The notes under the pieces are model-generated. The model saw only the letters and a list, made by a program, of their open reading frames with translations. It was not told the DNA's origin and searched no databases. The position numbers were made by a program, and so were the translations under genes. This document shows positions 47,796 to 57,811 of a stretch of DNA of 64,000 nt, in pieces. The DNA is from an uncultured virus (IMG/VR IMGVR_UViG_3300011646_000014) (lineage: Duplodnaviria; Heunggongvirae; Uroviricota; Caudoviricetes): IMG/VR virus record IMGVR_UViG_3300011646_000014, positions 1 through 64,000 of that record; one strand, given 5' to 3'. Numbering within the stretch: the first letter of the stretch is position 1; every line of letters starts with the position of its first letter.

Positions 47796-48389
47796 TTATT
47801 TATCAGACAAATCATCCAGATACTTTTTAAACTCTCTCGCTGCTGCATGTTGGGCTACACGCACAATTCCTGCTTGAGTCGAAATGTTTCGCTTATGAGC
47901 TTTAACAACAGCATCAAGATAGTGCTTATATGTACCGTAAGACATATACATAATGCTTTCATGTGAATGTCCTGCTGATACCAGTAGTTGTAAAGAATCA
48001 AACCAAGAATCAGTATTTTCAACTTGCTTAGCTGATCTGCCACGGCGTTTCACGGGCTTCTCATAAAAATAAGCCTTATTTGCTTCTAAGGTTTTTCTTA
48101 GCAATTCAATATAAATATCAGGATTGCTGATTTTTGTTTTGATGACTGAATCAATATCTAAATCAGTAACCAAGTTAATCATTGAATAACATTGAACTTC
48201 AAATTGAGAAATTATGGTTTCCAAAATCTCATCTGAATAGACTTCTATATTGTTTAAATTGGTTTTTATTTCTGATGAAGCGACAAGCCACAAATCAAAA
48301 TCTTTCATAGTGATTTGTCGAACATCAAGATCAAAATCAGCCACATTCAATTTTAATGGCCTATTAGATGCAATAAAAAAATCATTCAT
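47796..48389 (-). CDS. Tail assembly chaperone
   Basis: Position after the tail tube gene; C-terminal WFDSLQLLVSAGH resembles the gpT part. Confidence 0.65.
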   Translation of the reverse strand: MNDFFIASNRPLKLNVADFDLDVRQITMKDFDLWLVASSEIKTNLNNIEVYSDEILETIISQFEVQCYSMINLVTDLDIDSVIKTKISNPDIYIELLRKTLEANKAYFYEKPVKRRGRSAKQVENTDSWFDSLQLLVSAGHSHESIMYMSYGTYKHYLDAVVKAHKRNISTQAGIVRVAQHAAAREFKKYLDDLSDK

Positions 48390-48441
48390 GATGAAATCCT
48401 ATTTAGGCACAGGCATTAACTGCCTGCACCAATTAAACAGC

Positions 48442-49197
48442 TTAAGGAGTTGCTGGAATCGTCACAATATGACCGTAAAGCCCCAACATATCATCAGATG
48501 CTTTCGATACATCTGCCAATGCCTGACCTTCAATCTGATACTGCCCCAATTCTTCATGAATCAAAGCGAATGTGGTTTTTGGAGATTTCTTGGTGCGCCA
48601 TAGACGTACCGCAATATTGTCGCCATTGGCTGTATTGATGCCTTTAAAGAACAACTCGTATTCTTTATTAAAATCATTGGCAAGAGTCGTTTGAGTCACC
48701 GCCCCCGTGGTATAGGTCGCTAAAATCGGCATAGTCAAACCGGCAATATCTTTAAAGATTACAGTGCCGAATTTTGCATCAACTGTGTATTTGCTTTCCG
48801 CAATGGTTACTGGTGTACCCGAAGTCGAATCGGTAAATGAAACTTGAGAAAGATTGTAGCCATCAAGTTTAATTTCATCACCAACCACTACAGTCCCAAG
48901 TGATACTGCTGATTTGGTAGTGCTTACAATTGAATGGTTTTCACCAGACACAACGTATTCCAAGTTTTTTTCATTCAACTCTTCAATTTGCCCAGAAAAG
49001 TTGACGGACGTGGTTTTAACCATGGTGAAATCGGTGCTGCGCTGACCTGACATGCTTTCCTGATGCTCAACAACATCTGCATCAATTTCAAGCTCAAACT
49101 CAGGCACGTTACCAATCTGACGCATAGCACCAGCTACCCCATTGGCAATTGCAGACAGATAAAATTTGCCTTGCAATGACATATATTTTTTAGCCAT
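48442..49197 (-). CDS. Major tail tube protein
   Basis: GQ/GK-type N-terminus, IGNVPEFEL...EHQESMSG; position in the tail operon. Confidence 0.85.
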   Translation of the reverse strand: MAKKYMSLQGKFYLSAIANGVAGAMRQIGNVPEFELEIDADVVEHQESMSGQRSTDFTMVKTTSVNFSGQIEELNEKNLEYVVSGENHSIVSTTKSAVSLGTVVVGDEIKLDGYNLSQVSFTDSTSGTPVTIAESKYTVDAKFGTVIFKDIAGLTMPILATYTTGAVTQTTLANDFNKEYELFFKGINTANGDNIAVRLWRTKKSPKTTFALIHEELGQYQIEGQALADVSKASDDMLGLYGHIVTIPATP

Positions 49198-49378
49198 CTA
49201 CCTTTACCTCTTTAGTTGTTTTGGTTGGGGTGGTTTGTTTCGTTTCTGAAGGTTTTTTGAACTCCTCAATCACACCACGCCCCAAAAGTTCTTGAATCTG
49301 TGCATCGCTTAAACCACCTACAATGTCACCAGAATGAAAACGCCCGACTGTTTGCCGGGCGATGTATTTTTTAGCCAT
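49190..49378 (-). CDS. Small virion protein, paralog of 50740-51087
   Basis: Shares the KYIA.Q..G.F..G....GL...Q.Q.LL..G.IEEFK pattern. Confidence 0.65.
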   Translation of the reverse strand: MAKKYIARQTVGRFHSGDIVGGLSDAQIQELLGRGVIEEFKKPSETKQTTPTKTTKEVKVDG

Positions 49379-49386
49379 GTTTTTAC

Positions 49387-49824
49387 CTATATGAATTTTT
49401 TAGATTCGAAAATTGCTGTTAAGTACGCAAACCCAGTTGAAAAGCCCTCTCTCACATCAATCAAATCGAGTGGTCGCACACTTGATGGCGACTGCCAACC
49501 TGACAACAACTCAATTACCTCTTCTAGCAATTCACCCGCCTCATCAGTCACAACATTTCCGTTGGTCATTTGGGATTGAGCATTTCGACAAGCAACCGTA
49601 ACTGCCCAACGGATGCCCAACATATTGACCTTGGAATTTCCCGAGCTATCAACTTTAGTGATTCGCTGAAAGTTGACATGTGCTGCTGGGGTGACCTGTG
49701 ACATTTCTGTGACTTTGACCGAATTCAACGGCGTATAGATCTGCTTAAATGCTGAAATTTCTTTTAGCTTTTCCGCAATCTCGTCACGCACAGCAAAGAA
49801 ATTAGACAAGTATAAATCTCCCAA
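49387..49824 (-). CDS. Tail terminator (Mu gp37-like)
   Basis: WAVTVACRNA...LLSGWQ; position. Confidence 0.65.
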   Translation of the reverse strand: MGDLYLSNFFAVRDEIAEKLKEISAFKQIYTPLNSVKVTEMSQVTPAAHVNFQRITKVDSSGNSKVNMLGIRWAVTVACRNAQSQMTNGNVVTDEAGELLEEVIELLSGWQSPSSVRPLDLIDVREGFSTGFAYLTAIFESKKFI

Positions 49825-50290
49825 TAATGTCTAAGATATTTTCCTCATCCTCAGAATTAATGCCAAGATAAGTGCGGGGTGGCACTTCAACAGACTTCAC
49901 TTTGCGCCAGTTTCCTGCCACATTAAAAGTTAGATAATCAGCAGTTTTAGGAAGAATCGTGCCGCCAAAATGCATCATAGCTGCATACTCCTCGCCAGAA
50001 CCCCATTCCACACCGTTTGACAATGTTTGGAAATTTAGGCCATTCATTAAACGGCCTGTATCTCGAAGCGTTTGACCACCTTGCAGTTGCGCCCTCCAAG
50101 ATTGTTTCCATGGATTACCGTCAACATCGTTTTGATTTACAAACCGCATCTGGCTAGAGGAAACGCCATATCCACCAATTTCGGTAAACATCTCATCTTT
50201 ACGCTTGTCAAAATCAGCGAGTTGTTGAAGAACCTGCATCGCTACAGATTCACCATCAGCTTTGATTGAGATAAAAGCAGCCATCCCCAC
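49802..50290 (-). CDS. Phage virion morphogenesis protein
   Basis: DGNPW...LRDTGRL...YAAMMHFGG...PPRTYLG. Confidence 0.88.
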   Translation of the reverse strand: MGMAAFISIKADGESVAMQVLQQLADFDKRKDEMFTEIGGYGVSSSQMRFVNQNDVDGNPWKQSWRAQLQGGQTLRDTGRLMNGLNFQTLSNGVEWGSGEEYAAMMHFGGTILPKTADYLTFNVAGNWRKVKSVEVPPRTYLGINSEDEENILDIIGRFILV

Positions 50291-50291
50291 C

Positions 50292-50732
50292 TCACTTGAC
50301 GCTAGGCATCATGTCCAAAGTCGCATCTCCAAACACACCACCCTTATAAGTAGTGCCGATTGGCATGGTTGATGGCGCATTGACTGGCTTTTCTTCAGTA
50401 ACTTGATTGCTTTCATTGAGGATATTTAAAACTGCTTTTCCGTCGGCAATGCGCTTTAGAAAGTCGATCTCCGCTTTGTAGCGGTTTTCGACCTCTTCAG
50501 TAGGTTGCTGAAAGTAGAGTCGATAACGGGCTATATTGCATGCCACTCGTTTTAATGTGCTTGGCACACTCGGTAGTGGTAATTGGTACTTCACAGCAAT
50601 ATAGCTATCGATTTCTTCAGCAGCATCTTGCAACGCATCAGCAATAGAACTTACCGATGTCTGCATGGCTTCCAGATTGGCAATTTCACTAAACCCAAAT
50701 CGTGCTTCAAGATCTTGTCGAGTTGCATACAT
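50292..50732 (-). CDS. Head-tail adaptor, DUF1320/Mu gp36-like (start MYAT)
   Basis: YAT..DL..RFG...EIDSY...Y.LPL...CNIARYRLY. Confidence 0.88.
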   Translation of the reverse strand: MYATRQDLEARFGFSEIANLEAMQTSVSSIADALQDAAEEIDSYIAVKYQLPLPSVPSTLKRVACNIARYRLYFQQPTEEVENRYKAEIDFLKRIADGKAVLNILNESNQVTEEKPVNAPSTMPIGTTYKGGVFGDATLDMMPSVK

Positions 50733-50739
50733 ATGACAC

Positions 50740-51087
50740 CTACTTGGCATCATCTGCCGCTTTTGATGTTGGCTTCTTCGCTGTAGTGGCTTTTAACTGC
50801 TCATCAAGTTTTAACAACTGAGCCTTCAAATCCGCGATTTCGGCTGCATCTTTGGTTTTTTCATCAACCAATTTCTGATTATCGGCCTTCAAATCCGCGA
50901 TTTCGGCTGCAAGTTGAGCTAATTGAGCTACTGTGCCATCAGCTTTGGATTGCGATTCCTCTGGCGGCTTAAATTCTTCAATAGCACCAGAATCCAAAAG
51001 GGCTTGAAGTTGTTTAGACTCAAGCCCTTCAATTTCCTGTCCTGGTCGAAAATGACCAATAGACTGTTTTGCAATGTACTTTGGCAT
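50740..51087 (-). CDS. Small head-associated protein with coiled coil
   Basis: Follows the major capsid gene; contains a 27-bp exact direct repeat (50822-50848 / 50885-50911) encoding AAEIADLKA twice. Confidence 0.7.
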   Translation of the reverse strand: MPKYIAKQSIGHFRPGQEIEGLESKQLQALLDSGAIEEFKPPEESQSKADGTVAQLAQLAAEIADLKADNQKLVDEKTKDAAEIADLKAQLLKLDEQLKATTAKKPTSKAADDAK

Positions 51088-51097
51088 TTAAGCCTCC

Positions 51098-52171
51098 TTA
51101 AACAAAGCCACGACCACCAACCAGACCATTCTTGTTGTTTGGTACGGCAAGCGGTGAAGATTCACCCAACATCTGAATGCTAGAAGGATTTTTTTCCTGC
51201 CACTGGCTTAAGAAAAACTCTAAAGGCTGGCCAAATGCTTCAATGTTTTGAATTGCGCAGTGAGCAATCCAACCGTTTGCATCAGAAACCAGACCAAAGA
51301 AGTCTTCAGGAATAAAACGCTCTGACACCCCATTTAGGTTGTGCGTTGCGTCATAAGTCCAAATCTGAATGTTATCAATATTGCCACGGAACTGCGGTTT
51401 TGATGGATCATCAAAAGTTGGGGTGATTGGCACACTGATCGAAGCATAAGGTTTAATGAATTTTTCTTTAAACTCTTCGTTCTGCATCAATGAGTTAAAA
51501 ACCTTTGACGATGTGAGCGCCAAGTTTGGCGCGACACCAGCATGCTCAACTGAAATATTGATCATCGATTGAATATCTTGCACAGGTGTTGCATTGGCCT
51601 GATTCCATTTTACCAATGGAGCAAAATTACATGCGGCATTACGCTCGTAATCGACCGTATATGAAGGGAAATCAGATGATGCAAACGTGGTCTTTCCATA
51701 CAACAAGACATCGCGAGAGATTAAGAGTTTTCGGTTCTCGATCGACTGGCGTAGGTGAATTGCCTTTTGAGCCTGATCAATTAATAGTAGTTCAGCGTCA
51801 CTTAAGCGATTTGACCCTGTCGCCACAATACCGTAACGACGCAATTGAGTGACCAAGGCGGTATCTTGGACATCACTTGGCATGACGGTTACCATTGGCT
51901 TTAAATAAGCTGGCTTTACAAAACCAACTTTGCCTGATTCTGCCACATTGATTTGTCGACCAGCGACATTAGGCATCACGAACGGTGCTAGTGGAGTTGC
52001 AGTATTAAGCTCACCCACAGGAACTTCTTTTTTGTTATACGAAACACGTTGAGGGAAGAACTTATCCATCAACCAAGTATCCACCTTTTTAGTGGTGTCT
52101 GTTAAAAGCACGAGTTGTGGAATATCCAATAACTCAACTGGTGCATTTTGAAATGTAAAGCTAGTGCTCAT
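51098..52171 (-). CDS. Major capsid protein (lambda gpE-like family)
   Basis: FFP...LAPFV.P...KPAYLKP...SSPLAVP. Confidence 0.9.
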   Translation of the reverse strand: MSTSFTFQNAPVELLDIPQLVLLTDTTKKVDTWLMDKFFPQRVSYNKKEVPVGELNTATPLAPFVMPNVAGRQINVAESGKVGFVKPAYLKPMVTVMPSDVQDTALVTQLRRYGIVATGSNRLSDAELLLIDQAQKAIHLRQSIENRKLLISRDVLLYGKTTFASSDFPSYTVDYERNAACNFAPLVKWNQANATPVQDIQSMINISVEHAGVAPNLALTSSKVFNSLMQNEEFKEKFIKPYASISVPITPTFDDPSKPQFRGNIDNIQIWTYDATHNLNGVSERFIPEDFFGLVSDANGWIAHCAIQNIEAFGQPLEFFLSQWQEKNPSSIQMLGESSPLAVPNNKNGLVGGRGFV

Positions 52172-52173
52172 AT

Positions 52174-52557
52174 TTACCCCACGACTTTGCGTAATTCAAT
52201 TTTGTTGTTAAGGCCTTGCGCACGCACTGCATCGTATTGAGCTTCAGTCAGTTTTGTGCCATTTACTGTAACTACGGCTAAGTCGTAAGCACCTTGCACG
52301 TAGATGGGCATTTCAAGTCCATTGTTGGCGTGATATGTCGATTGTTCTGCTGTCATGTCTCCCACCACAATCGCTTGCCAATCTCCAACCACACCTGATG
52401 TGATGGCTGGATGCGTTGCGACGTTCGCAGCACTGACTGCCACAAGATCACCGCGCTTGTAAGCAACCCCTGCGGTCGGCTTCGCATTTTCAGTACGAAC
52501 ACCATCACCAACCACCAGTTGGCGACTTTCGATTGTTTCTGTAATTGTTTTACCCAT
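52174..52557 (-). CDS. Head decoration protein
   Basis: YKRGDLV...IYVQGAY; lies between protease and major capsid genes. Confidence 0.75.
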   Translation of the reverse strand: MGKTITETIESRQLVVGDGVRTENAKPTAGVAYKRGDLVAVSAANVATHPAITSGVVGDWQAIVVGDMTAEQSTYHANNGLEMPIYVQGAYDLAVVTVNGTKLTEAQYDAVRAQGLNNKIELRKVVG

Positions 52558-52559
52558 AA

Positions 52560-53519
52560 TTAATTACCTTTCTGTTGGGCTGCTGCAAATTGATTAAATG
52601 CATTGTCTAATGCTGAACCTTGATGCTGTTGGCCAGTGCCACCCTGACCACCTGTAGCTTGATGGCTAAACAAGTGCTGTAGGTGGGCTGGAACGATGTT
52701 AGTTTGCTGTTGTCCCAGCGCAGCGGGCTGTTCTGGTGTCTTGCTTGAAAACTGACGCAGTTGCTTTGCAGTAAATGCAAAAGTTGCATCATCCATATTT
52801 GTATATGCGGTTTTATCTTCAGCACTGAATTGAACTTTTAATTCAGTTTCCAAAGCCTGAATATCGCTTGTACGTTTTTCAGCTTGAAACTTTTTAAGTT
52901 CTGCCTGAGCTGCATCACGCTCTTGTTCAGCTTGTTTTTGAGCAGCCTGTGCTTTTTCTAATTCGGTCACGTTGGTGTCCTCTTGGTTTGGTTGATTTGA
53001 TTTACTTGTAAACGCTTCGATAGACGTATTCTCATCTGCTCCGAGTGAACAGATGGTGAATTCACGAATACGATTCTTACGAAAAACCACAATTGGCCCA
53101 TTAAAGTCTTGGCCATTCACAGTGACGGTTTGTCCTTGGGATACTTCCTCCACTGATCCCGGCTTTATGTACAACGACATCTGAAATGGAAACTTGTCAT
53201 CAGCATCTTTCACAATTTTCTGAGCATCATCGTTTGTCAAAAAATAACCAGATACTTGGATTCCTTGTGTTGTGTTGAATTGATCAACAACTCCAATACG
53301 ATTAGCGCCATGCTCTTCTAGTAACGGAGTTACTTTGGGGATTGAGATGCCATCTAAATCAAAAACAACCCCATCACTACCCCAATACCAATGATCCGTT
53401 ACACGTCCACCAGAATAGGCTGTACCTTGAAATGTACGTTTTTGACCTTCAGCACCCTTAGGAACTTCTATGCCAGATACTGAAAACAGTAACGTCTTTG
53501 GATCTAAATCCTTTTTCAT
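52560..53519 (-). CDS. Prohead protease/scaffold
   Basis: FQGTAYSG...LLEEH...FPFQMS...REFT...GAD; coiled-coil C-terminus. Confidence 0.8.
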   Translation of the reverse strand: MKKDLDPKTLLFSVSGIEVPKGAEGQKRTFQGTAYSGGRVTDHWYWGSDGVVFDLDGISIPKVTPLLEEHGANRIGVVDQFNTTQGIQVSGYFLTNDDAQKIVKDADDKFPFQMSLYIKPGSVEEVSQGQTVTVNGQDFNGPIVVFRKNRIREFTICSLGADENTSIEAFTSKSNQPNQEDTNVTELEKAQAAQKQAEQERDAAQAELKKFQAEKRTSDIQALETELKVQFSAEDKTAYTNMDDATFAFTAKQLRQFSSKTPEQPAALGQQQTNIVPAHLQHLFSHQATGGQGGTGQQHQGSALDNAFNQFAAAQQKGN

Positions 53520-53531
53520 ATTTCACCCATT

Positions 53532-53553
53532 AAAAAAGCAGCCATATGGCTGC
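53532..53553 (-). terminator. Intrinsic terminator
   Basis: GCAGCC-ATAT-GGCTGC followed by T6. Confidence 0.75.
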
Positions 53554-53570
53554 CTCTTGATAAGAATTAA

Positions 53571-54776
53571 TTAATTAACTAAAGCCCGTAGCGTAAAAAT
53601 CAACTGTCCTTTGATGGTTTCAATTTTCACAACTTCAAATGACAATCCAATAGGAAACAACACGCCCTGACCAGCATTCAGAACATTTAAATCAATACCC
53701 AAACCTGTTGCATTTTCTACCTTAAGAATAATTTCTCCACCATTTTCAGCAAAAAGCATTGGATGATCTAATGTAACTGTCTTACCCACTTCAAGCTTGG
53801 ATACATAAGCAATCGTGCTAGATCCTGATACTGTTGCGGTTATATTTGCTGCGACTGCATGAATAGCCCCCATATCAGCAACAAGCCAACGTCTAAGAAC
53901 ATCATCAGCCAAACTGATTGGTTTCAGAGATAAGTAAGCTGTTAAAGCTGAATCATTCCCTTGAACGTAATCAATCAGAGTTTTAATTGCGCTTGGCCTG
54001 ATTGTTGGATCAAGCGGGACCACTGTATTGGCAATCGTATCGAATAGCTCACGGCTGCCTTTATTCATGGGTGCTAGCAGGCTAGTTAATTGCTTACTAG
54101 CAGTCCATTCGGCTTGAATTGACTTCTTTTGATTCAGTAATTCATTTTTATCCAAAATTGAATCAGCAATCTTTTGATCAACTACCGCCTGCATTTCACC
54201 AAAAGTTAAAGGACTGGTAGACCAGCCCAAATCCTTAGCAACCTCTGGTAAATCCTCATCAGAAGTAATACCAATTTTTTTCGCTTGTTTCTCTGTAAGT
54301 GCAATTACAGTGCATCTGCACATGAACCCCCACGGCGGGTAGTACATGAGCCAAAATGGATCGTCGATATGGCGAATAATACGATTAAGCGCAATATGTG
54401 TTGGTCTCACACGAGTATCGTCAATCGCTGAATACATTAAATAAGGGCGTTTAGCCTTATTTTTCTGCTGCTGAGTCCAACGACCGTAGCCATACGCTGT
54501 TTGAATGTTGGTCCTAAAAACATTCTTTAAATATGGTTCGCTTAAAATGATTTCATTTTCTTCAACCAACTTTTTAAAGTCGTTGAATGTTGAACCGTCA
54601 GCAATCGCCTTATTGACCGCTTTCATCACCGTTTCAATCTGCTCAATGCTAGACAAGAAACTCACTGTTGTCGCCATTTGACGAGTTTTCAAATCCATTG
54701 AATAGAACTCATCTGGCAAGACAATTTTACGTGACTCAGCAAACTTTAATGCTTCAAGAAAAGTGACAGGAGTCAT
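53571..54776 (-). CDS. MuF/SPP1 gp7-like head morphogenesis protein with C-terminal extension
   Basis: FRTNIQTAY..GR...YSAIDD.RVRPTH...PPWGFMCRC. Confidence 0.9.
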   Translation of the reverse strand: MTPVTFLEALKFAESRKIVLPDEFYSMDLKTRQMATTVSFLSSIEQIETVMKAVNKAIADGSTFNDFKKLVEENEIILSEPYLKNVFRTNIQTAYGYGRWTQQQKNKAKRPYLMYSAIDDTRVRPTHIALNRIIRHIDDPFWLMYYPPWGFMCRCTVIALTEKQAKKIGITSDEDLPEVAKDLGWSTSPLTFGEMQAVVDQKIADSILDKNELLNQKKSIQAEWTASKQLTSLLAPMNKGSRELFDTIANTVVPLDPTIRPSAIKTLIDYVQGNDSALTAYLSLKPISLADDVLRRWLVADMGAIHAVAANITATVSGSSTIAYVSKLEVGKTVTLDHPMLFAENGGEIILKVENATGLGIDLNVLNAGQGVLFPIGLSFEVVKIETIKGQLIFTLRALVN

Positions 54777-56269
54777 TTATCCTCACTTGCTGTGGTATAT
54801 CCCAGCACGTCAGCCGCATACAAAGCTCGATCAAGGTTGGTACTAAACTGCGTCTGACTTGCACCCGGCATAAGTTGCATCAAGTTAAAAGCCAAAACTT
54901 CAGGCGTTTCACTTGATTGAATCAACTCATTGATCTGCTTTTGACTCAGTAGTTGTATGTTGCCCTGTTCAGTTGTTAATTCTTCAACCTCTTGCTGTTC
55001 AACACTCAACTTCTTCACATCAGCAGCGAAAGAAAATGCACGGTTGGGTAATGCATTAAAGTGCTGTGCAGGTAGGCTTTGCTGCAATTCAGAAACATCA
55101 CCGTCCTGTAGTCCATATTCACGTTTGAAATACTGAGAACTAAGGTTAGCACCCGCGTTCTTTAATTTCACATCACGATCAGCTTTATCAGCATTAAGCG
55201 ACTGTTCATCGCCTATGGTGATGATATGCCGCTCCCATCCATTCAATGCACATAACGCATCAATGATTGCTTGAATGGTTGATGTAATCATTCGGATATC
55301 AGCATTCACCTTGTTATTCTGCACTTCAAGATGAACCTCTCCCAATGCACGACTACCAGAATTATCCGTACCACTGGTAAGCGTTTGCCCTAAAATAACC
55401 TTTTGGATGCTTCTCTCGATCTTCTTGTCAAAAGATTCAAATGCTGCCGATCCGCCATTTCCATTAGATGAGGCTGTAAGAAGTGACACTTCATCGTTTT
55501 TATCCACTGAAAGTACCGACGCTGCATGTGCCGACAACAAAGCATCTTTTAAACCTTTTGTGTTGGTTTGTGACTTTCCAACCAATAGTGGATTCCCAAA
55601 ACGCTCAACAAATTTAGCCCAAAATTTTGTTGTTCCATTTTTAAAGAACCATAACCAATACAAACGACTAAATAATGCTTCCCCATATGGATTTTCATAA
55701 CTTGGCTTACATTGAGTTAAGAAATGTTTAAACTGCTGGTCACACTCCACATCACGATGCTGATTGTTGTACATTTGAAGCAACATCAATCGACCGTCAT
55801 TTTTTGGCTCAAACCACTGCATTGGCTTCTTACCAATCCATTTCCAGCCTACAAACGTGGTAATGTTAGGACCTTCAATAAATAATGATGGTTGCTCAGG
55901 TTTTGTATAAACTGCTTCTAATACAGAATATCCATACCAACGCGCATCCTGAGTTCCAAGACTTAATTCGGACCACCATTTTTTTAACTCACTCGTTAAA
56001 ATCTGCGCTGGCAACCCCTCACTCGGCTCAAGCTTAAAAGGAGCTGATTCAAGTTTGTCTTGACGTTTTTCAATACATTGATAAATCTCATCGTCATACA
56101 TCAAAACACTTAAGCGATGCCGAGTTACGCCTGCCTTTCTTAAAACCTCATCCAGATCAGGCATTTTGGTTAAAAAATTTAGGAATGCGATTTCAGCTTG
56201 TTGTGAATACAAATAACCCCCAGCTTGTTGGGGGTTGTCTTTATCCTTTGATTTATCTTTCTTAGCCAT
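54773..56269 (-). CDS. Portal protein (DUF935/Mu gp29-like)
   Basis: YGYSVLE, NPYGEALF, ERFG.P, ILGQTLTS, GSRALGEVH. Confidence 0.92.
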   Translation of the reverse strand: MAKKDKSKDKDNPQQAGGYLYSQQAEIAFLNFLTKMPDLDEVLRKAGVTRHRLSVLMYDDEIYQCIEKRQDKLESAPFKLEPSEGLPAQILTSELKKWWSELSLGTQDARWYGYSVLEAVYTKPEQPSLFIEGPNITTFVGWKWIGKKPMQWFEPKNDGRLMLLQMYNNQHRDVECDQQFKHFLTQCKPSYENPYGEALFSRLYWLWFFKNGTTKFWAKFVERFGNPLLVGKSQTNTKGLKDALLSAHAASVLSVDKNDEVSLLTASSNGNGGSAAFESFDKKIERSIQKVILGQTLTSGTDNSGSRALGEVHLEVQNNKVNADIRMITSTIQAIIDALCALNGWERHIITIGDEQSLNADKADRDVKLKNAGANLSSQYFKREYGLQDGDVSELQQSLPAQHFNALPNRAFSFAADVKKLSVEQQEVEELTTEQGNIQLLSQKQINELIQSSETPEVLAFNLMQLMPGASQTQFSTNLDRALYAADVLGYTTASEDK

Positions 56270-56272
56270 AAT

Positions 56273-57811
56273 CTAACCTGTCATTGGTTCCTGATAGTTC
56301 TGCATAACCGTCGCTTCCTCTATCGCATCAATCAAAGTATCCACTTGGTCATCATGGTCATGTGTCATTGCTGCGGTAAATTCCTCGCACTCTTCTGTGA
56401 ACTTAGAAACCCACGGCGCATTTATTGGCAGCATCACAAAACGATCTTGAGGCTTGTTTTCATAGTTATTTTCAAGCGGAACCTGTACATCCATAAACCT
56501 TGTCAATTTATCGGTGCCACGTTGAACAGGAATAACTGGAACGCCTGCATATGTGCCAAGATTTTGAATCAATTGAGTGCCGTGCGCCTTATCTTCCACC
56601 TTCATCCAACGGATCGGACGAGTTTCGTAAGTGTAGTCTTTATGTTTATCGATAAACTCTTTAGCTTGACGATTCATTTCAGGCGCTTCCCATTTACCGC
56701 GCAATAAATCGATCAAATAAAGCTTCCCATCAACACCAAGGCCAACTAACAAAAACACTGTAAAGTCATTATGCTCTTTGATTTTCTGAGCAGTATCGAC
56801 ATAAATTGCCCGCCATTGCAGTGCTGGAAGTTCATCGTAGTAGCCGAACCATTCAGCTTTGATCAAATCACCGCCTAATTTCTTAGGTTTCTGCTGATAC
56901 TGACTACTGAATGTATAACGAGATACCACCGCACCACTTTTATCCTTACCACCCTTCTCTAATTGAAGTAACGAAGTAAGAGATTCTTTTAACGGCCAAT
57001 AGCTTTGACGACCTTTGTCATCACGCTCCACACTCAATGGCACAAGTTTTTGAATATGCTCAGGCAATGTTGCAATGTAGTCATCGTCAATTAAAGCGGG
57101 AATTGAAACTTGCTCCCACTCTCCTGGCACATTGCCTGACATCACAAAATTGGTCGGATCTTCGGAGTGAAGCCGCTGCATAATCATGATGATTGGCGTA
57201 TCAGATTTCGCTTTACGTGAATTGACTGTGTTCAAAATCTTGCGATTAGCTTTATCTCTCGCTGGCTTACTAAAAGCATCCTCAGGCTTAAGCGGATCAT
57301 CCAAGATAATACAACCAGTAAAACCGTTATCTGCTAATGTACCTGCACGGCGACCTGTAACCTGTCCACCCATCGATGCGGCATAGATATGCCCCGCCTC
57401 GTATCCGTCAACCGTGGTTTTCCAACTTGCCTTGGCATCAGTGCTGGTTGAAATGGATGTGGACCACATATGCTGAAATTCATCTGATTTGACGATGTTT
57501 CGAGCTGTTGCCGATACATCTTCTACCAGCGATTGAGAATAAGACAAGTACAAAAATCTTGAGCGTGGATTTAAACCAATTCCCCGCGCAATCAGATTTG
57601 TAGTTAATTCAGTTTTACCAGCACCAGGTGGGACATTAACCACTAAATTGGCAATATTACCCTTTACCACCTCATCAATCAGCCATGCCACATAAACATG
57701 ATGCCAATTGACCATGAATTTAAAGCCCATACGTGGCTTGAAAAAACGGCGAGTAAAAAATAAATGGTCATCCTCGCACATCTTTTTTTCTACGTGCGTT
57801 TGAACATCCAT
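56273..57811 (-). CDS. terL: Terminase large subunit
   Basis: NVPPGAGKT (Walker A), IILDDP, MQRLH, VDTA, HDDQVD. Confidence 0.95.
   Translation of the reverse strand: MDVQTHVEKKMCEDDHLFFTRRFFKPRMGFKFMVNWHHVYVAWLIDEVVKGNIANLVVNVPPGAGKTELTTNLIARGIGLNPRSRFLYLSYSQSLVEDVSATARNIVKSDEFQHMWSTSISTSTDAKASWKTTVDGYEAGHIYAASMGGQVTGRRAGTLADNGFTGCIILDDPLKPEDAFSKPARDKANRKILNTVNSRKAKSDTPIIMIMQRLHSEDPTNFVMSGNVPGEWEQVSIPALIDDDYIATLPEHIQKLVPLSVERDDKGRQSYWPLKESLTSLLQLEKGGKDKSGAVVSRYTFSSQYQQKPKKLGGDLIKAEWFGYYDELPALQWRAIYVDTAQKIKEHNDFTVFLLVGLGVDGKLYLIDLLRGKWEAPEMNRQAKEFIDKHKDYTYETRPIRWMKVEDKAHGTQLIQNLGTYAGVPVIPVQRGTDKLTRFMDVQVPLENNYENKPQDRFVMLPINAPWVSKFTEECEEFTAAMTHDHDDQVDTLIDAIEEATVMQNYQEPMTG

Noticed and set aside
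47796..48389. Programmed frameshift in the tail chaperone
   Set aside because: The G- and T-like parts are already in one open frame; no separate downstream ORF needing a shift was seen.
50822..50911. 27-bp exact direct repeat as a CRISPR or att site
   Set aside because: Only two copies, in frame (63-bp period) within a coiled-coil ORF; no cas genes.
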